From the IMG/VR virus record IMGVR_UViG_3300031578_000001: DNA of 64,000 nucleotides; one strand, written 5' to 3'. This DNA comes from a virus. This document shows positions 45,982 to 55,006 of this stretch, in pieces. The stretch's first letter is position 1; every line of letters starts with the position of its first letter. The position numbers and the translations under genes were made by a program. The notes below the pieces were generated by a model. That model saw only the letters and a program-made list of their open reading frames with translations, was not told the origin of the DNA and made no database searches.

Positions 45982-46301
45982 GAGCGAACTTGCGGCTCCT
46001 TTCCGACGGCCGAGCAGGCGTTCTCGTAGGTGCTGGCCAGGTCGACCCAGGAATCGTCGGCCGCTGGGACGTGATGTCCGCTGCCTTCCGGGTCCTCGAC
46101 GAGGCCCCCGGTCGCATCGATGGTGGCGATAAACTCAAGCAGAGCCGAGAAGGTGGCCTTGGGCTCGATCCAGTTCTCGCCCGGAATCGATGGATTCATG
46201 CTTCTCCTGTGGAGACGGCCGCAGTCCGGGCACCATCTGAGGTACACTCCGCTGGCAGCGGTCCCGATGTCCTTCATCGGGGCTCCGCATCTGCATTCCA
46301 T
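45978..46301 (-). CDS. Zn-finger hypothetical protein (107 aa)
   Basis: RBS GGAG; MECRCG..WCPDCG. Confidence 0.65.
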   Translation of the reverse strand: MECRCGAPMKDIGTAASGVYLRWCPDCGRLHRRSMNPSIPGENWIEPKATFSALLEFIATIDATGGLVEDPEGSGHHVPAADDSWVDLASTYENACSAVGKEPQVRS

Positions 46302-46330
46302 GGGATCTCCTTGTATCAATCGGTTTGGTA

Positions 46331-46552
46331 CTACCAATCCAGTTTGCACTTCTTGTGGATGAAGAGCATCTGTCCGAATCTGGCAAGAAGCAGTACCTTC
46401 TCGTGGGGTTCATCCCCTATCGGCTCGCTGCACGTCAGGCAGAGTACACGCTTCACGCGATCGAGGTCGTATCCATATTCTGGATGGTACTGTTTTTCCG
46501 GGGTGGGTTTGCACAGACCGCACTTGCAGTCAGGTGGTTTGCTGCGTTTCAT
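46331..46552 (-). CDS. Cys-rich Zn-binding hypothetical protein (73 aa)
   Basis: CKCGLC, CLTC and HKKC. Confidence 0.6.
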   Translation of the reverse strand: MKRSKPPDCKCGLCKPTPEKQYHPEYGYDLDRVKRVLCLTCSEPIGDEPHEKVLLLARFGQMLFIHKKCKLDW

Positions 46553-46555
46553 TCG

Positions 46556-46870
46556 TTAATCCGAGAAGAGATTCCCCTGGCGGAGATCCGGGGGAATTTC
46601 CTTGACCTCGAGATCCGTGTAGCCGGTTTCTCTCAACTCTTTGAGGAGCCGTCGGTATTCCGTCTCTGTCGCCGGCACGGTCTTTCCGAGAACGGTATCG
46701 TAGTCTGCTGCTCTGTGCTGGCCGATGTGGGAGTAGGAGGCGACGTTGCCCTGGGTGTCGAACGGGATGTCAGGGAACAGGGCCACGACGTCGCCCTCAT
46801 TGAATTTCCTGAAGATGACGGTAGTCCAGGCCAGGGGTTTCTTGTTCTTCCTTTTAGGCATTTCATTCAA
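46556..46870 (-). CDS. conserved hypothetical phage protein (104 aa)
   Basis: VIFRKF..GDVVALFP..SYSHIGQH..EY..L..EL..GY pattern, which I recognise as a recurrent phage family of unknown function. Confidence 0.65.
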   Translation of the reverse strand: MNEMPKRKNKKPLAWTTVIFRKFNEGDVVALFPDIPFDTQGNVASYSHIGQHRAADYDTVLGKTVPATETEYRRLLKELRETGYTDLEVKEIPPDLRQGNLFSD

Positions 46871-46874
46871 CCTG

Positions 46875-46915
46875 AATATCCGGGATATTATTTCCCTTGA
46901 CGTTCAATTTGTCGA
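46875..46915 (-). promoter_or_regulatory. candidate promoter with an overlapping palindromic operator
   Basis: TCGACA-N17-AATAAT (46915-46887) and perfect inverted repeat AATATCC-G-GGATATT (46875-46889). Confidence 0.4.
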
Positions 46916-46942
46916 CGAGGATTGTTCAAGCATTCCTCGATG

Positions 46943-47575
46943 TTAACTTTTCGATTCTAACCATTTCTGGAATCCAAGGTCCTGCTCTTCCCTCTGTTTT
47001 ACGATCAGACTCGCAGCCTCATCGGCGTCGTCGGGGAGATGGTCCATAAAGGCCTGGAGCACGGTGAGCGTCATTTCGCAATCGGTGCCGGCGCTGTGGG
47101 CGTTACCGTCCACCCAGATTCCGAGCCTGTCGATTACGTTCTCGAGTTTGTGTCGGCCCTTACCTTTCCAGAAGCGTCCGACTTTCTCGAGTCTGACCAC
47201 GACCAAGGGATCGATGACCGGCTTGGTCATGGCGAGCCATTTCCAGGCATCTCCCATTTCGTTCAGCATGAAGGAGGCATCGAATGGCCAGTTGTAGGCC
47301 ACAAGGACGTCTGCCGTCGAGAGCCAGTCTGCGACCTTCTGAACGATGTCTCCGAACTCGGGAGCGTCCTTAACCTTCTTGTCCGTGATACCGTGGATCG
47401 CGGACGCCTCCGGAGGGATGGGAATGCCAGGGTTGATGAGCCTCGAGTGGACTTTGTTGATCTTTCCGTTCACCATTCTGGCAGTTCCCAGCTCGACGAT
47501 CTTGTCCTTCTCGGGATCGAGGCCCGTGGTCTCGACGTCGATGGCGATGACGGTTCCCTTCTTCCAGGTCTTCAT
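46943..47575 (-). CDS. dnaQ: DEDDh 3'-5' exonuclease, DNA polymerase III epsilon-like (210 aa)
   Basis: IDVETTG, IHGIT, AYNWPFD, AHSAGTDC. Confidence 0.92.
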   Translation of the reverse strand: MKTWKKGTVIAIDVETTGLDPEKDKIVELGTARMVNGKINKVHSRLINPGIPIPPEASAIHGITDKKVKDAPEFGDIVQKVADWLSTADVLVAYNWPFDASFMLNEMGDAWKWLAMTKPVIDPLVVVRLEKVGRFWKGKGRHKLENVIDRLGIWVDGNAHSAGTDCEMTLTVLQAFMDHLPDDADEAASLIVKQREEQDLGFQKWLESKS

Positions 47576-47802
47576 CTGGCGTTCTCCAGCGTGATCGAGC
47601 AGTCCATGTGGGCCGAGAGCGTTCCGGCAATTTCGGCTCTGTAGACTCTGAGTTTGGGGACGTCGTCCACGTCTATGTCTCCCATGTTGATTTCTTCCCG
47701 GATTTTCTCCTTGATCTCGTCGAAGGTTCCGATAACTATCATCACATCGATATTGTCGATGACGATAAAAGTGTTACTACAGGCAGGTTTCTTTTTCTTC
47801 AC
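47572..47802 (-). CDS. hypothetical protein (76 aa)
   Basis: RBS AAGGAGG; ATGA coupling to dnaQ. Confidence 0.6.
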   Translation of the reverse strand: MKKKKPACSNTFIVIDNIDVMIVIGTFDEIKEKIREEINMGDIDVDDVPKLRVYRAEIAGTLSAHMDCSITLENAR

Positions 47803-48046
47803 GTTCCTTCACCTCCTTGAATTCGATGGTCATGATCGTGTCGCGTGTCCACTCGGTATTACATTCGTTGCAGTAGAAGTTGATCACGACGATCTCGCCC
47901 GGAATGGGATAGCTGAGTATGCCGGACACCTGGTCTTGGGCTGTCTCGTGGCCGCACGCCGGGCAGTTGTCCCGGAATTCATGTCCATGATAGAACCGCT
48001 TGGCCAGCTCAGGCTGTTGGTCCTGTGGAAGCTTGATGATCTTCAT
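47777..48046 (-). CDS. Zn-ribbon protein (89 aa)
   Basis: CPACG..FYCNEC. Confidence 0.65.
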   Translation of the reverse strand: MKIIKLPQDQQPELAKRFYHGHEFRDNCPACGHETAQDQVSGILSYPIPGEIVVINFYCNECNTEWTRDTIMTIEFKEVKEREEKETCL

Positions 48047-48366
48047 CGACTTCGGTCTTTCCTGCCCTTCGAGCGTATGACCATCTTGGTCGGGTCGAGG
48101 AGCAGGCCGTCGTAGATGTAGGCGTTCCCGAACAATAGGAGATAGTCCTTGACGAGTTGGTCCGTGGCCGGCCTGCCGAGAACATTTCTCAGGTATGTGA
48201 CTTCGTCGTGGAGATCTTCGACCAGGCGCATGAGGGACGACGCCGCGCTAATGGACGCCTGGATGTCTATCATTTTGGATAGATCAGCCAGTTCACCCAA
48301 CTTGACCAGCATCTCTTCGGCCTTCTTGATCCTCTCGCTCCACTTGGTTACTTCTTCGCCGGTCAC
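48043..48366 (-). CDS. hypothetical coiled-coil protein (107 aa)
   Basis: RBS GGAGGAG with GTG at 48366. Confidence 0.6.
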   Translation of the reverse strand: MTGEEVTKWSERIKKAEEMLVKLGELADLSKMIDIQASISAASSLMRLVEDLHDEVTYLRNVLGRPATDQLVKDYLLLFGNAYIYDGLLLDPTKMVIRSKGRKDRSR

Positions 48367-48368
48367 GT

Positions 48369-49196
48369 TTACTCCTCCACAGCAACCTTGACGGTCTTCG
48401 GAATCATGATCTCCTTTTCCTCTACGCGGTGGTTTTTGACGAAGTCGATGAATGCGTCCAGGACCTTTTGGATGGTCTTGTCGAAATCCCAGACGATACG
48501 TACGCGGTCCCGCAAGGAATCCGTGTCCCACGAATCGAAGTCGTTGGGATCCTCATCCATCTCCTTGCCCGGCATCGTGAAGGTCCGCATGTGGGTCTTC
48601 TTATAGTCCTGCATACCTCCTTCACGGTGGCAATGGCCGCACTGATTTACACCGACTTCTCCATTCTTATTCACGTCCTCCTTCGCCCGCTTAGCGATTT
48701 CGATTACCTTCTCAACGGGGAGATCGAGCTCGGCGATCTCGGACTGAGTCGGATAGACTTCTGGAATCCACATTGTGTGGGTCAGTGCATATAGGTAAGC
48801 AACGCCCTCAGGTGATTTGTCATCCAGGACCGTCTGTGGGATTCCCCTACGGTAGTTCTGCTGTCCGCAGAAATGGCAGTGGCGCTTGTAACCAGAGGGC
48901 TTTTGGCCCCCATGATACAAAACCAGGTATCCACCCGAACGTCCGTTGGATCCAATCTGCCACTCATGGTTCCACCGCTCATCGAATTCTCGGATGATGT
49001 CGTTGCCATCATGGAATGCCTCGTCGATGCCGAGGAAGTCATAGGCTTTGGAGAGGAGGTCACGTGGGACAAATGTATCGACCTTGACACGGGCTGCGTA
49101 GGAGGTTGAGAGGTTCCATGAATTCATGGTGTAATACCTGAAGTGTTCACTCAGGTACGCGATCATTTCCTTTCTTGTCCTTGGCTTTCTCGGCAC
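48369..49196 (-). CDS. conserved hypothetical protein (HFRYYTMNSWN family) with Zn-finger insertion (275 aa)
   Basis: YLSEHFRYYTMNSWNLSTSYA, GSNGRSGGYLVL, CHFC and CGHC. Confidence 0.7.
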   Translation of the reverse strand: MPRKPRTRKEMIAYLSEHFRYYTMNSWNLSTSYAARVKVDTFVPRDLLSKAYDFLGIDEAFHDGNDIIREFDERWNHEWQIGSNGRSGGYLVLYHGGQKPSGYKRHCHFCGQQNYRRGIPQTVLDDKSPEGVAYLYALTHTMWIPEVYPTQSEIAELDLPVEKVIEIAKRAKEDVNKNGEVGVNQCGHCHREGGMQDYKKTHMRTFTMPGKEMDEDPNDFDSWDTDSLRDRVRIVWDFDKTIQKVLDAFIDFVKNHRVEEKEIMIPKTVKVAVEE

Positions 49197-49467
49197 GTTC
49201 GATCTCCTCAAATTTCTTGATCCCCTCACTGGTGATTGACCATCCCCAGTCCTTGTGGAATCCATAGTTCACCACGGAGTAGCTCACGAGTCTCTTTTCT
49301 TGGAGTGCGTTGAGGACTTTGCCGGCAGTTCTCGCGTAGGCCTGAGGCTTCCTATTTTTACCCCAGACCGTATCGCCGATGTACCCGGGTCCAAGTTGCC
49401 GATCGAATTTCATCGAGTCGTCGTAGAGCACTCCGAGAACCTTGATCTGCGCTTCGCTCAGGTTCAC
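49147..49467 (-). CDS. putative winged-helix DNA-binding protein (106 aa)
   Basis: LSEAQIKVL..VLNALQEKRLV..WSITSEG is a winged-HTH pattern. Confidence 0.55.
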   Translation of the reverse strand: MNLSEAQIKVLGVLYDDSMKFDRQLGPGYIGDTVWGKNRKPQAYARTAGKVLNALQEKRLVSYSVVNYGFHKDWGWSITSEGIKKFEEIERAEKAKDKKGNDRVPE

Positions 49468-49991
49468 TTTATCTTCCTCATCTTTCCGAACACGTTGAGG
49501 ACCCGGATCACGTTGTTCGGGCCGCAGAGAACCGGGTGAAGTGCCACGCGCTGGACATTGAACTCCTTATAGGCCGGAATGACCAGGATGTGGAGGATGA
49601 GGATAAGACCGCCCGTTCTTGTAAGCCTGGCCGCTTCCTTGAGGACGTGCTTGGGCTTCGGCAGGTCTTTCATGTCCTTGGACCACTCAAACCCGAATCC
49701 TGCCGTGTAAGGAGGATCTGCGATCACCATGTCGAAGGTGCCATTTTTCAACGGGATCTTATCGTATGGCGCCACTATCTCGGCTCCCGTTTCGGATCGA
49801 AAATCAGTGGTCACTCCGATGTCGGATTCGCCGCAGAACATGGATAAGATCTTCTTTCCCTCGAGAGGGTAGAACTTCTTGAGGTTATAGATGAAGCGAC
49901 CTGGCCAGCGCTGACGCTGGCCGGTGTTAGGAGGACTTCCGCAGAGCCATGGGGTCATGTCCATCCCGCTGCTCGTCTTGAAGTGCTTCAT
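49464..49991 (-). CDS. minimal amino (N6-A/N4-C) methyltransferase (175 aa)
   Basis: Motif I LSMFCGES followed by motif IV IADPPY. Confidence 0.75.
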   Translation of the reverse strand: MKHFKTSSGMDMTPWLCGSPPNTGQRQRWPGRFIYNLKKFYPLEGKKILSMFCGESDIGVTTDFRSETGAEIVAPYDKIPLKNGTFDMVIADPPYTAGFGFEWSKDMKDLPKPKHVLKEAARLTRTGGLILILHILVIPAYKEFNVQRVALHPVLCGPNNVIRVLNVFGKMRKIK

Positions 49992-50245
49992 CCGAACATC
50001 TCCTTCTCCAGGTCCTCGAGGGTGGGTTCCTCTTCTTCCTTGTGTTTCTTGATCTTCTTCGAGACGGTCGCCAGATCGACGCCGTAAAAGGGATTCTTAG
50101 CGGCTTTCCTGAAGGCGGCTGTCTTCATGCACTTCGTGCAGTCGACTTCGCAGGCCCTGGTAGTGACTTCCCGGTCGGGAAGGTCTTTGGCGCCACACTC
50201 TCCGACGCCTTTCTGATTCTCATACTCCCTCAGTAGATGTTTCAT
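49988..50245 (-). CDS. small Cys-containing hypothetical protein (85 aa)
   Basis: MKHLL..ECG..ACEVDCTKC; ATGA coupling to the MTase. Confidence 0.55.
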   Translation of the reverse strand: MKHLLREYENQKGVGECGAKDLPDREVTTRACEVDCTKCMKTAAFRKAAKNPFYGVDLATVSKKIKKHKEEEEPTLEDLEKEMFG

Positions 50246-50481
50246 CCTGCTCGTCACCTGGAGGATCCTCCAATCCGAGAAGCGAGAGGTCGAGGCCTGC
50301 GGAGGCGCCCAGTCCGATGAGGGCGGCAAGATTCTTCATGGTCTTCTCCCGCTTCTCCGGATTCATTTTCGATAGATGCTCCCTGATCTCGGTCCTTCGA
50401 ATCTTGAGCTCTCTTTTGTTCTTCTCGATCGCCTCTGTTCTACGCTGGTCGAAGGACCCTCGCTTTTTTTGCCTCTCCCAT
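50220..50481 (-). pseudogene. small protein (MGEAK-KRGSFDQRR..., ~86 aa) with a +1 frameshift in an A7 run
   Basis: ATG with RBS GAGGTAGGT stops after 13 codons; removing one A from the run at 50464-50470 opens a natural 86-aa frame. Confidence 0.5.
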
Positions 50482-50483
50482 AC

Positions 50484-50999
50484 CTACCTCTCCAATTGAC
50501 GAATGCGACCCGTGGCTACTATAGCTACGGCCACGGCATCGCTGATGTCCTCCTGACCGGGTTCGATGGCGAGATCGAACATTTTGTTTACGGTCTTCCT
50601 GACGGCTTCCTTGGCCTCATTACGTAATCCTTTACATCTGAGGTCGCTCCGGATTTTGGCCGGTGAGAGCTCGATGACCTCTCTGCCGGTGTACGCCTTC
50701 GCCGCGCACAACCCGACGCCCATGAACTTCAGGATCGTGATGGCGGCTTTCAGTTTGGCGATGTGGTGCTGCTCGAAGGCCACATAGTCGGGGCGTGCCT
50801 TCTTGAATAAGGCGTCGAGATTCCGGTAGAAGTCCACGAGTCGGTCGGCCATGGGCCTCAGTTTTTTGCTGATGTGGGACTTGGTGGTGAACATTCCCTT
50901 GTCGAGAATCTTTGATTTCGAGACGAGATCCGTCTCGAGGAGAGCCCAGCCCGTGATGCCTGATGATGAGTCGAACCCGAGGATTCTGATCTTAGTCAT
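50484..50999 (-). CDS. ruvC: RuvC-like Holliday junction resolvase (171 aa)
   Basis: ILGFDSS..TGWALL, AFEQ, DISDAVAVA acidic catalytic residues. Confidence 0.88.
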   Translation of the reverse strand: MTKIRILGFDSSSGITGWALLETDLVSKSKILDKGMFTTKSHISKKLRPMADRLVDFYRNLDALFKKARPDYVAFEQHHIAKLKAAITILKFMGVGLCAAKAYTGREVIELSPAKIRSDLRCKGLRNEAKEAVRKTVNKMFDLAIEPGQEDISDAVAVAIVATGRIRQLER

Positions 51000-51429
51000 C
51001 CTTCATCTCCTCTTCCGGAGGATGGGAGCCCATTTCAGCGAATCTGGCCTTGACCATGTCCTGGAGAATCTTCTTCCTCTTGCTCGGAGGAATCTTGTGC
51101 CAAGGAATCTCGATCGCTCGAGGAGGAATGATCTCGATCTTCTCTCGCATCAGTCGTACGAACTGGTTCACGACATCCTTCGGAGTCACACGATCCACGG
51201 TCCTGCTTTCGAAGAACCACGGAGGGATGACAAATCCGAATGGTTCCTCTGGCGGCGTCAGATAGTGGTAGAAGAGATCCTTTTCGAGACCACGGACCGC
51301 AATGGTCACATAGATGAAGTATCCATAGACCTTCGAGAGAACTTCCTGCTGAAGACCCGCGGTGATTTCGATCTTCGTGATCAGGATGCTCCAGAACTTT
51401 TTCGTTCTAACTTGGTCCGGTTTATCCAT
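50992..51429 (-). CDS. hypothetical protein (145 aa)
   Basis: Fills the gap between RNase H and RuvC; natural composition. Confidence 0.6.
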   Translation of the reverse strand: MDKPDQVRTKKFWSILITKIEITAGLQQEVLSKVYGYFIYVTIAVRGLEKDLFYHYLTPPEEPFGFVIPPWFFESRTVDRVTPKDVVNQFVRLMREKIEIIPPRAIEIPWHKIPPSKRKKILQDMVKARFAEMGSHPPEEEMKDD

Positions 51430-51848
51430 CGGTGCCTCGAGCCTTTAGAAACAGTATCGGCTTTGTTCATGGCGCCCTTCACGAGAGTGAACCTGAAGAA
51501 TTTGATACTCCCAGTTTTCCTCATATCGTCGAGTTCGGTGAGGATCCTTTTTGCGAGACGCTTTGAGGTCTTGGACCTCGTTTTATTGATCTCGTAGAGC
51601 GAGTCGATAACGGATGTTGAGTCCGTATGGAATAGAATCCCGTCGCCCTTCTCGAGGACTCCTGATCTCATAAGGGAAGTAATCAGGTCGATCCCCCAGA
51701 ACACAGCGAGAAACTCTGCCTCCGTAGTAGTACGGCCGGGTTTAGCGGCCGTCCCCAGTCGAATGACTTCCTTGCCATCGTTGAGGACGACCGCTCCCAG
51801 ACCGATGAGCCGTTTTCCTCCGGAGGTGTCGATGTGAACTTCGATCAC
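51381..51848 (-). CDS. rnhA: ribonuclease HI-like protein (155 aa)
   Basis: HIDTS, TTTEAEFLAV, FHTDS, NKAD match the D-E-D-D RNase H tetrad. Confidence 0.8.
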   Translation of the reverse strand: MIEVHIDTSGGKRLIGLGAVVLNDGKEVIRLGTAAKPGRTTTEAEFLAVFWGIDLITSLMRSGVLEKGDGILFHTDSTSVIDSLYEINKTRSKTSKRLAKRILTELDDMRKTGSIKFFRFTLVKGAMNKADTVSKGSRHRWINRTKLERKSSGAS

Positions 51849-53284
51849 TTTCCGGACCCTTTCTTATCGGCCTTCTTCACGATCTTCTTCTTGGCCACGG
51901 CCTTCTTCTTCGATCCCTTCTTGGCTATCTTCGCCTCCTCCTCGTAGAGCCAGCACAGGAGACTCTGATTGATGTCGAGGCCCACTGGAAGCGTCTTCTC
52001 GAGTTCCTCCTTCCTGGAATAGTAGGCGGCTTCGCTGACGCCCAGGGAGGGAACGAGGCGAGTGATCTCGGTCTTGACGTCCTTGGATTTCATGACCTTG
52101 ACCTTCTCGACCACGTTACTGGCCGGAGCCTTGGCCTTCGAGACCTTGGCAGCCTTTGGCTTCTCGGGAGCAGGCTCCTCGATCTTGATCTCGGGCGTGA
52201 CCGTGAAGGGTGCCTTGGGCATGAGGGACTGGGCCACCTTGATGGGAAACATCCGGACGAGCTTGACGCCGAGGAATATCAGCGCCTCGGATTCGCTGGA
52301 GGCCACGCAGAACAGCGGATCGCTGGACCCGTCCTTGTAGCCCTGGAAGATGTGGGAGGTGGGAGCCACGCCGATCTTCTGGGCCGTGATGTCATCGGAC
52401 AGTGGCACGAAGATGGCGGCCACTGGAGCAGTGCGCTCGGCCAGCTCCTTGAGTGCCGCGAGTCCTCTTGACTTCCAGAACGCCGCGTCCTTCTTGTCCT
52501 TCAGGTTCGCGTAGTTGCTGGAGAAGTCGATGATCGCCTGGAGATACCACTCGCCCCTGTTGTTCGCAACAAGAGCGGCCTCGGCGATCTCCTCGAACTG
52601 GAGGATGATCGGCATCTCGTAGGCCGCGATCTCGAACTTGACGGTCTTGGTCTCTTTGCTCATGTTGGCCCGATCGGACTCGGCCACGAGCTTCTTGACC
52701 ATGTTCTCCAGTGCCTCAAGGCTCGTGAAGTTCTTATCGCCGGGAGCGGCGATGCAGCGGGCCAGCCACGTCTCGATGTTCCTGGTCGTGATCTTCCCGT
52801 TGACGATGCCCTTACGGATGATCTTGATCTTGGTCCAGGAGAGGCCGCCCAGGCGCTTGATATTCGTCACGCCGACCTCGATGAGTACGCGCCAGTTCTT
52901 CACCAGCTCCGTCGCTTTGGTGTAGGAGATCTGGAGGTGTTCGCGGTAGTAGTCCTTGCGCTCCCAACCATGGGCCACGTGGACCTGCTTCTCCTCGATC
53001 GCGTAGAGCACGGCTGCCAGTTCGGCCTCGTTTTGCGCCTTCGACCGATCCAGCTGAATGGCCCTCTGTTCCAGTTCCGCGGACGTGAGGCTCATCGGAT
53101 CCTTGAAAGGCGTGATGCCGATCTCCTGGAGCTCGATGATCGCGGTTTCCTGATCCGACATCGGCTTGGCATTGACCTCAATGGGTCCATCGGCCTTTAC
53201 CACATCGGCCACCTTTTTCCCCTTTTTCGGTGTCGACTTCTTCGTCGCCTTCCCTGAGCTTTTCCCCGTTGACTTTTTGGCCAT
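51845..53284 (-). CDS. hypothetical DNA-binding protein with Lys-rich N- and C-terminal tails (479 aa)
   Basis: RBS GAGGAG; MAKKSTGKSSGKATKK... and ...AKKGSKKKAVAKKKIVKK; strong codon bias. Confidence 0.7.
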   Translation of the reverse strand: MAKKSTGKSSGKATKKSTPKKGKKVADVVKADGPIEVNAKPMSDQETAIIELQEIGITPFKDPMSLTSAELEQRAIQLDRSKAQNEAELAAVLYAIEEKQVHVAHGWERKDYYREHLQISYTKATELVKNWRVLIEVGVTNIKRLGGLSWTKIKIIRKGIVNGKITTRNIETWLARCIAAPGDKNFTSLEALENMVKKLVAESDRANMSKETKTVKFEIAAYEMPIILQFEEIAEAALVANNRGEWYLQAIIDFSSNYANLKDKKDAAFWKSRGLAALKELAERTAPVAAIFVPLSDDITAQKIGVAPTSHIFQGYKDGSSDPLFCVASSESEALIFLGVKLVRMFPIKVAQSLMPKAPFTVTPEIKIEEPAPEKPKAAKVSKAKAPASNVVEKVKVMKSKDVKTEITRLVPSLGVSEAAYYSRKEELEKTLPVGLDINQSLLCWLYEEEAKIAKKGSKKKAVAKKKIVKKADKKGSGK

Positions 53285-53298
53285 GTCACTCCTCCTCG

Positions 53299-54180
53299 TT
53301 ATGAAGCCTTCGCGGCCCGCTTGGACGGGAAGCACTTCGATCTTCCCCAGCACCGCTTCGCCTTGGACACATCTTTGCTTTTGCATAGCGGCGGGGCGGC
53401 CATGGGATCTTTTGTATCGAGGAGCATGGCGAGAACTCGTGTCTGTTCATCCAGCCATGCTATTGCCCTTGGATCAGGTTTCTTCAGGAACGGCCTGAAG
53501 TCCCAGTCTGTTTTGTTGATGTAGAGAGGCATGATCAATTTGATCCCCCGTGCCCATGCGTAGGAGGACGATTGGATGACGTCCTTAGAGACGGCTTTGT
53601 GGAGATCCTTGAACTGATCCTGCCTCATGGACTTCATCTCGAGGATCGTTTCGTTGTCACGAATGACGAGTTCGCCATCCGTGTTTCCGGTGACCTCGAT
53701 TCCGTTCAAGGTGAAGCTCACTTCAGGTTCGATGTAGATCCATCTGGTATCGAGATCGGCGCACGATACGTCGAGCGTTCCTCCGTTGTCGTAATGGATC
53801 GTGAGTTTCGACGTGCACGGTTCTTTGGGCATGAATCCGTCTTTGCGACTGTCGCAGACGGAACATTTCCAGGAACCCCGGAGGATCCCCATTGGTCCAA
53901 AATACCTGTTCTGCCACCACCAGTGGGTCATCGTCCCGCAGTCGAACATCTTTCGGTCCTTACCGGAAACCTGGATATCCGCGTATCCGGGATCGAGGAG
54001 TTTGAACATGAGTTTTCTGAAGCATGGGGCGAGAAGGTCGGTGACATGGACTCCTGGTCTTCTCTCGTCCGCTGGTTGCTTCGCGAGAAAGGCATTCAGG
54101 TCGCGCCTGAACTGATCGAACGGATCCTCGAATAGGAGGAACCGGTTGAAAGCCCCGATAACTTCGATGATGTTTTCCAC
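53299..54180 (-). CDS. Cas4/RecB-like PD-(D/E)xK exonuclease (293 aa)
   Basis: PCFRK, G..DGELV..ILEMKS, QSSSY, C-terminal C-x9-C-x5-C Fe-S staple; internal CSVC Zn motif. Confidence 0.8.
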   Translation of the reverse strand: MENIIEVIGAFNRFLLFEDPFDQFRRDLNAFLAKQPADERRPGVHVTDLLAPCFRKLMFKLLDPGYADIQVSGKDRKMFDCGTMTHWWWQNRYFGPMGILRGSWKCSVCDSRKDGFMPKEPCTSKLTIHYDNGGTLDVSCADLDTRWIYIEPEVSFTLNGIEVTGNTDGELVIRDNETILEMKSMRQDQFKDLHKAVSKDVIQSSSYAWARGIKLIMPLYINKTDWDFRPFLKKPDPRAIAWLDEQTRVLAMLLDTKDPMAAPPLCKSKDVSKAKRCWGRSKCFPSKRAAKAS

Positions 54181-54395
54181 TAACCCTCCTGGGAAGATTT
54201 GAGCCTGGAGGCCAGATCGGAGATGCTCATCTCGGCGAGATCGGATCTCTTGATCTGCATGAGTTCCCTTCCGGCGTCGTTGTAGATCTTCACGGTCTCG
54301 GGTGTAATCGTGATCTTCGCGACACAGACCGAGGAGTGGTGGATCGCAAGAATGAAAATTTCATGGATCCCGTCATCGTCTATGCTTTGAGCCAC
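54180..54395 (-). CDS. hypothetical protein (71 aa)
   Basis: Fills the gap between UDG and the Cas4-like gene. Confidence 0.55.
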   Translation of the reverse strand: MAQSIDDDGIHEIFILAIHHSSVCVAKITITPETVKIYNDAGRELMQIKRSDLAEMSISDLASRLKSSQEG

Positions 54396-55006
54396 TGCTT
54401 GGTTCTCCTGAAGATCTCTACAGCGTCGTCCCTCAACTTCACGTCCTTCTGGTTGTATCCGAGATATTGGGGGTGTACGTTGACGACGACGGGGATCTCA
54501 CCGTACGTGGTTTTGAGGACCGATTGTCGTCCCACCCAGGTCTTAACGAAATTCTCAGGAGATTTCTCCAAGCCCAGGAGCCTCTGTGTAGCCACTTTAC
54601 CAAGGGTCACGATGACTCTCGGTTGGACTACTTCAATCTGCCTGTAGAGGAAGGGGAGACAGTTGGACACTTCCTCCTGAGTCGGCGCTCGGTTTCCCGA
54701 GACAGGATACAGGCGCTTCGGAGGGTGACATTTGAGGATGTTAGCGATGAAGATCCACTCTCTTTTGATTTCGGCATCAGTGAGACATGCCGTCAGAATT
54801 CCGCCTGCATTGCCGACGAACACTCTTCCAGCAATGTCCTCGTCGACTCCTGGAGCCTCACCGACGAGCATCATGCCTGTCGATGCGAGACCGGATCCGA
54901 AGACTCGGGTTCTGGCGAATTCGCTGATGCCGCACTTCGTGCAGGTGACCACGTCGCGGTAGATCTCGAGGAGTTTCTCTTTTTTCGTCATTTTCTCTTC
55001 ATCCAC
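54380..55006 (-). CDS. udg: uracil-DNA glycosylase family 4 (Fe-S) (208 aa)
   Basis: CTKC, VGEAPG, FVG, NILKCHPP, CLPFL, HPQY. Confidence 0.92.
   Translation of the reverse strand: MDEEKMTKKEKLLEIYRDVVTCTKCGISEFARTRVFGSGLASTGMMLVGEAPGVDEDIAGRVFVGNAGGILTACLTDAEIKREWIFIANILKCHPPKRLYPVSGNRAPTQEEVSNCLPFLYRQIEVVQPRVIVTLGKVATQRLLGLEKSPENFVKTWVGRQSVLKTTYGEIPVVVNVHPQYLGYNQKDVKLRDDAVEIFRRTKQWLKA

Noticed and set aside
53299-54180. CRISPR-Cas locus suggested by the Cas4-like gene
   Set aside because: No other cas genes and no repeat-spacer array seen; solo Cas4-like nucleases are common in phage recombination modules.
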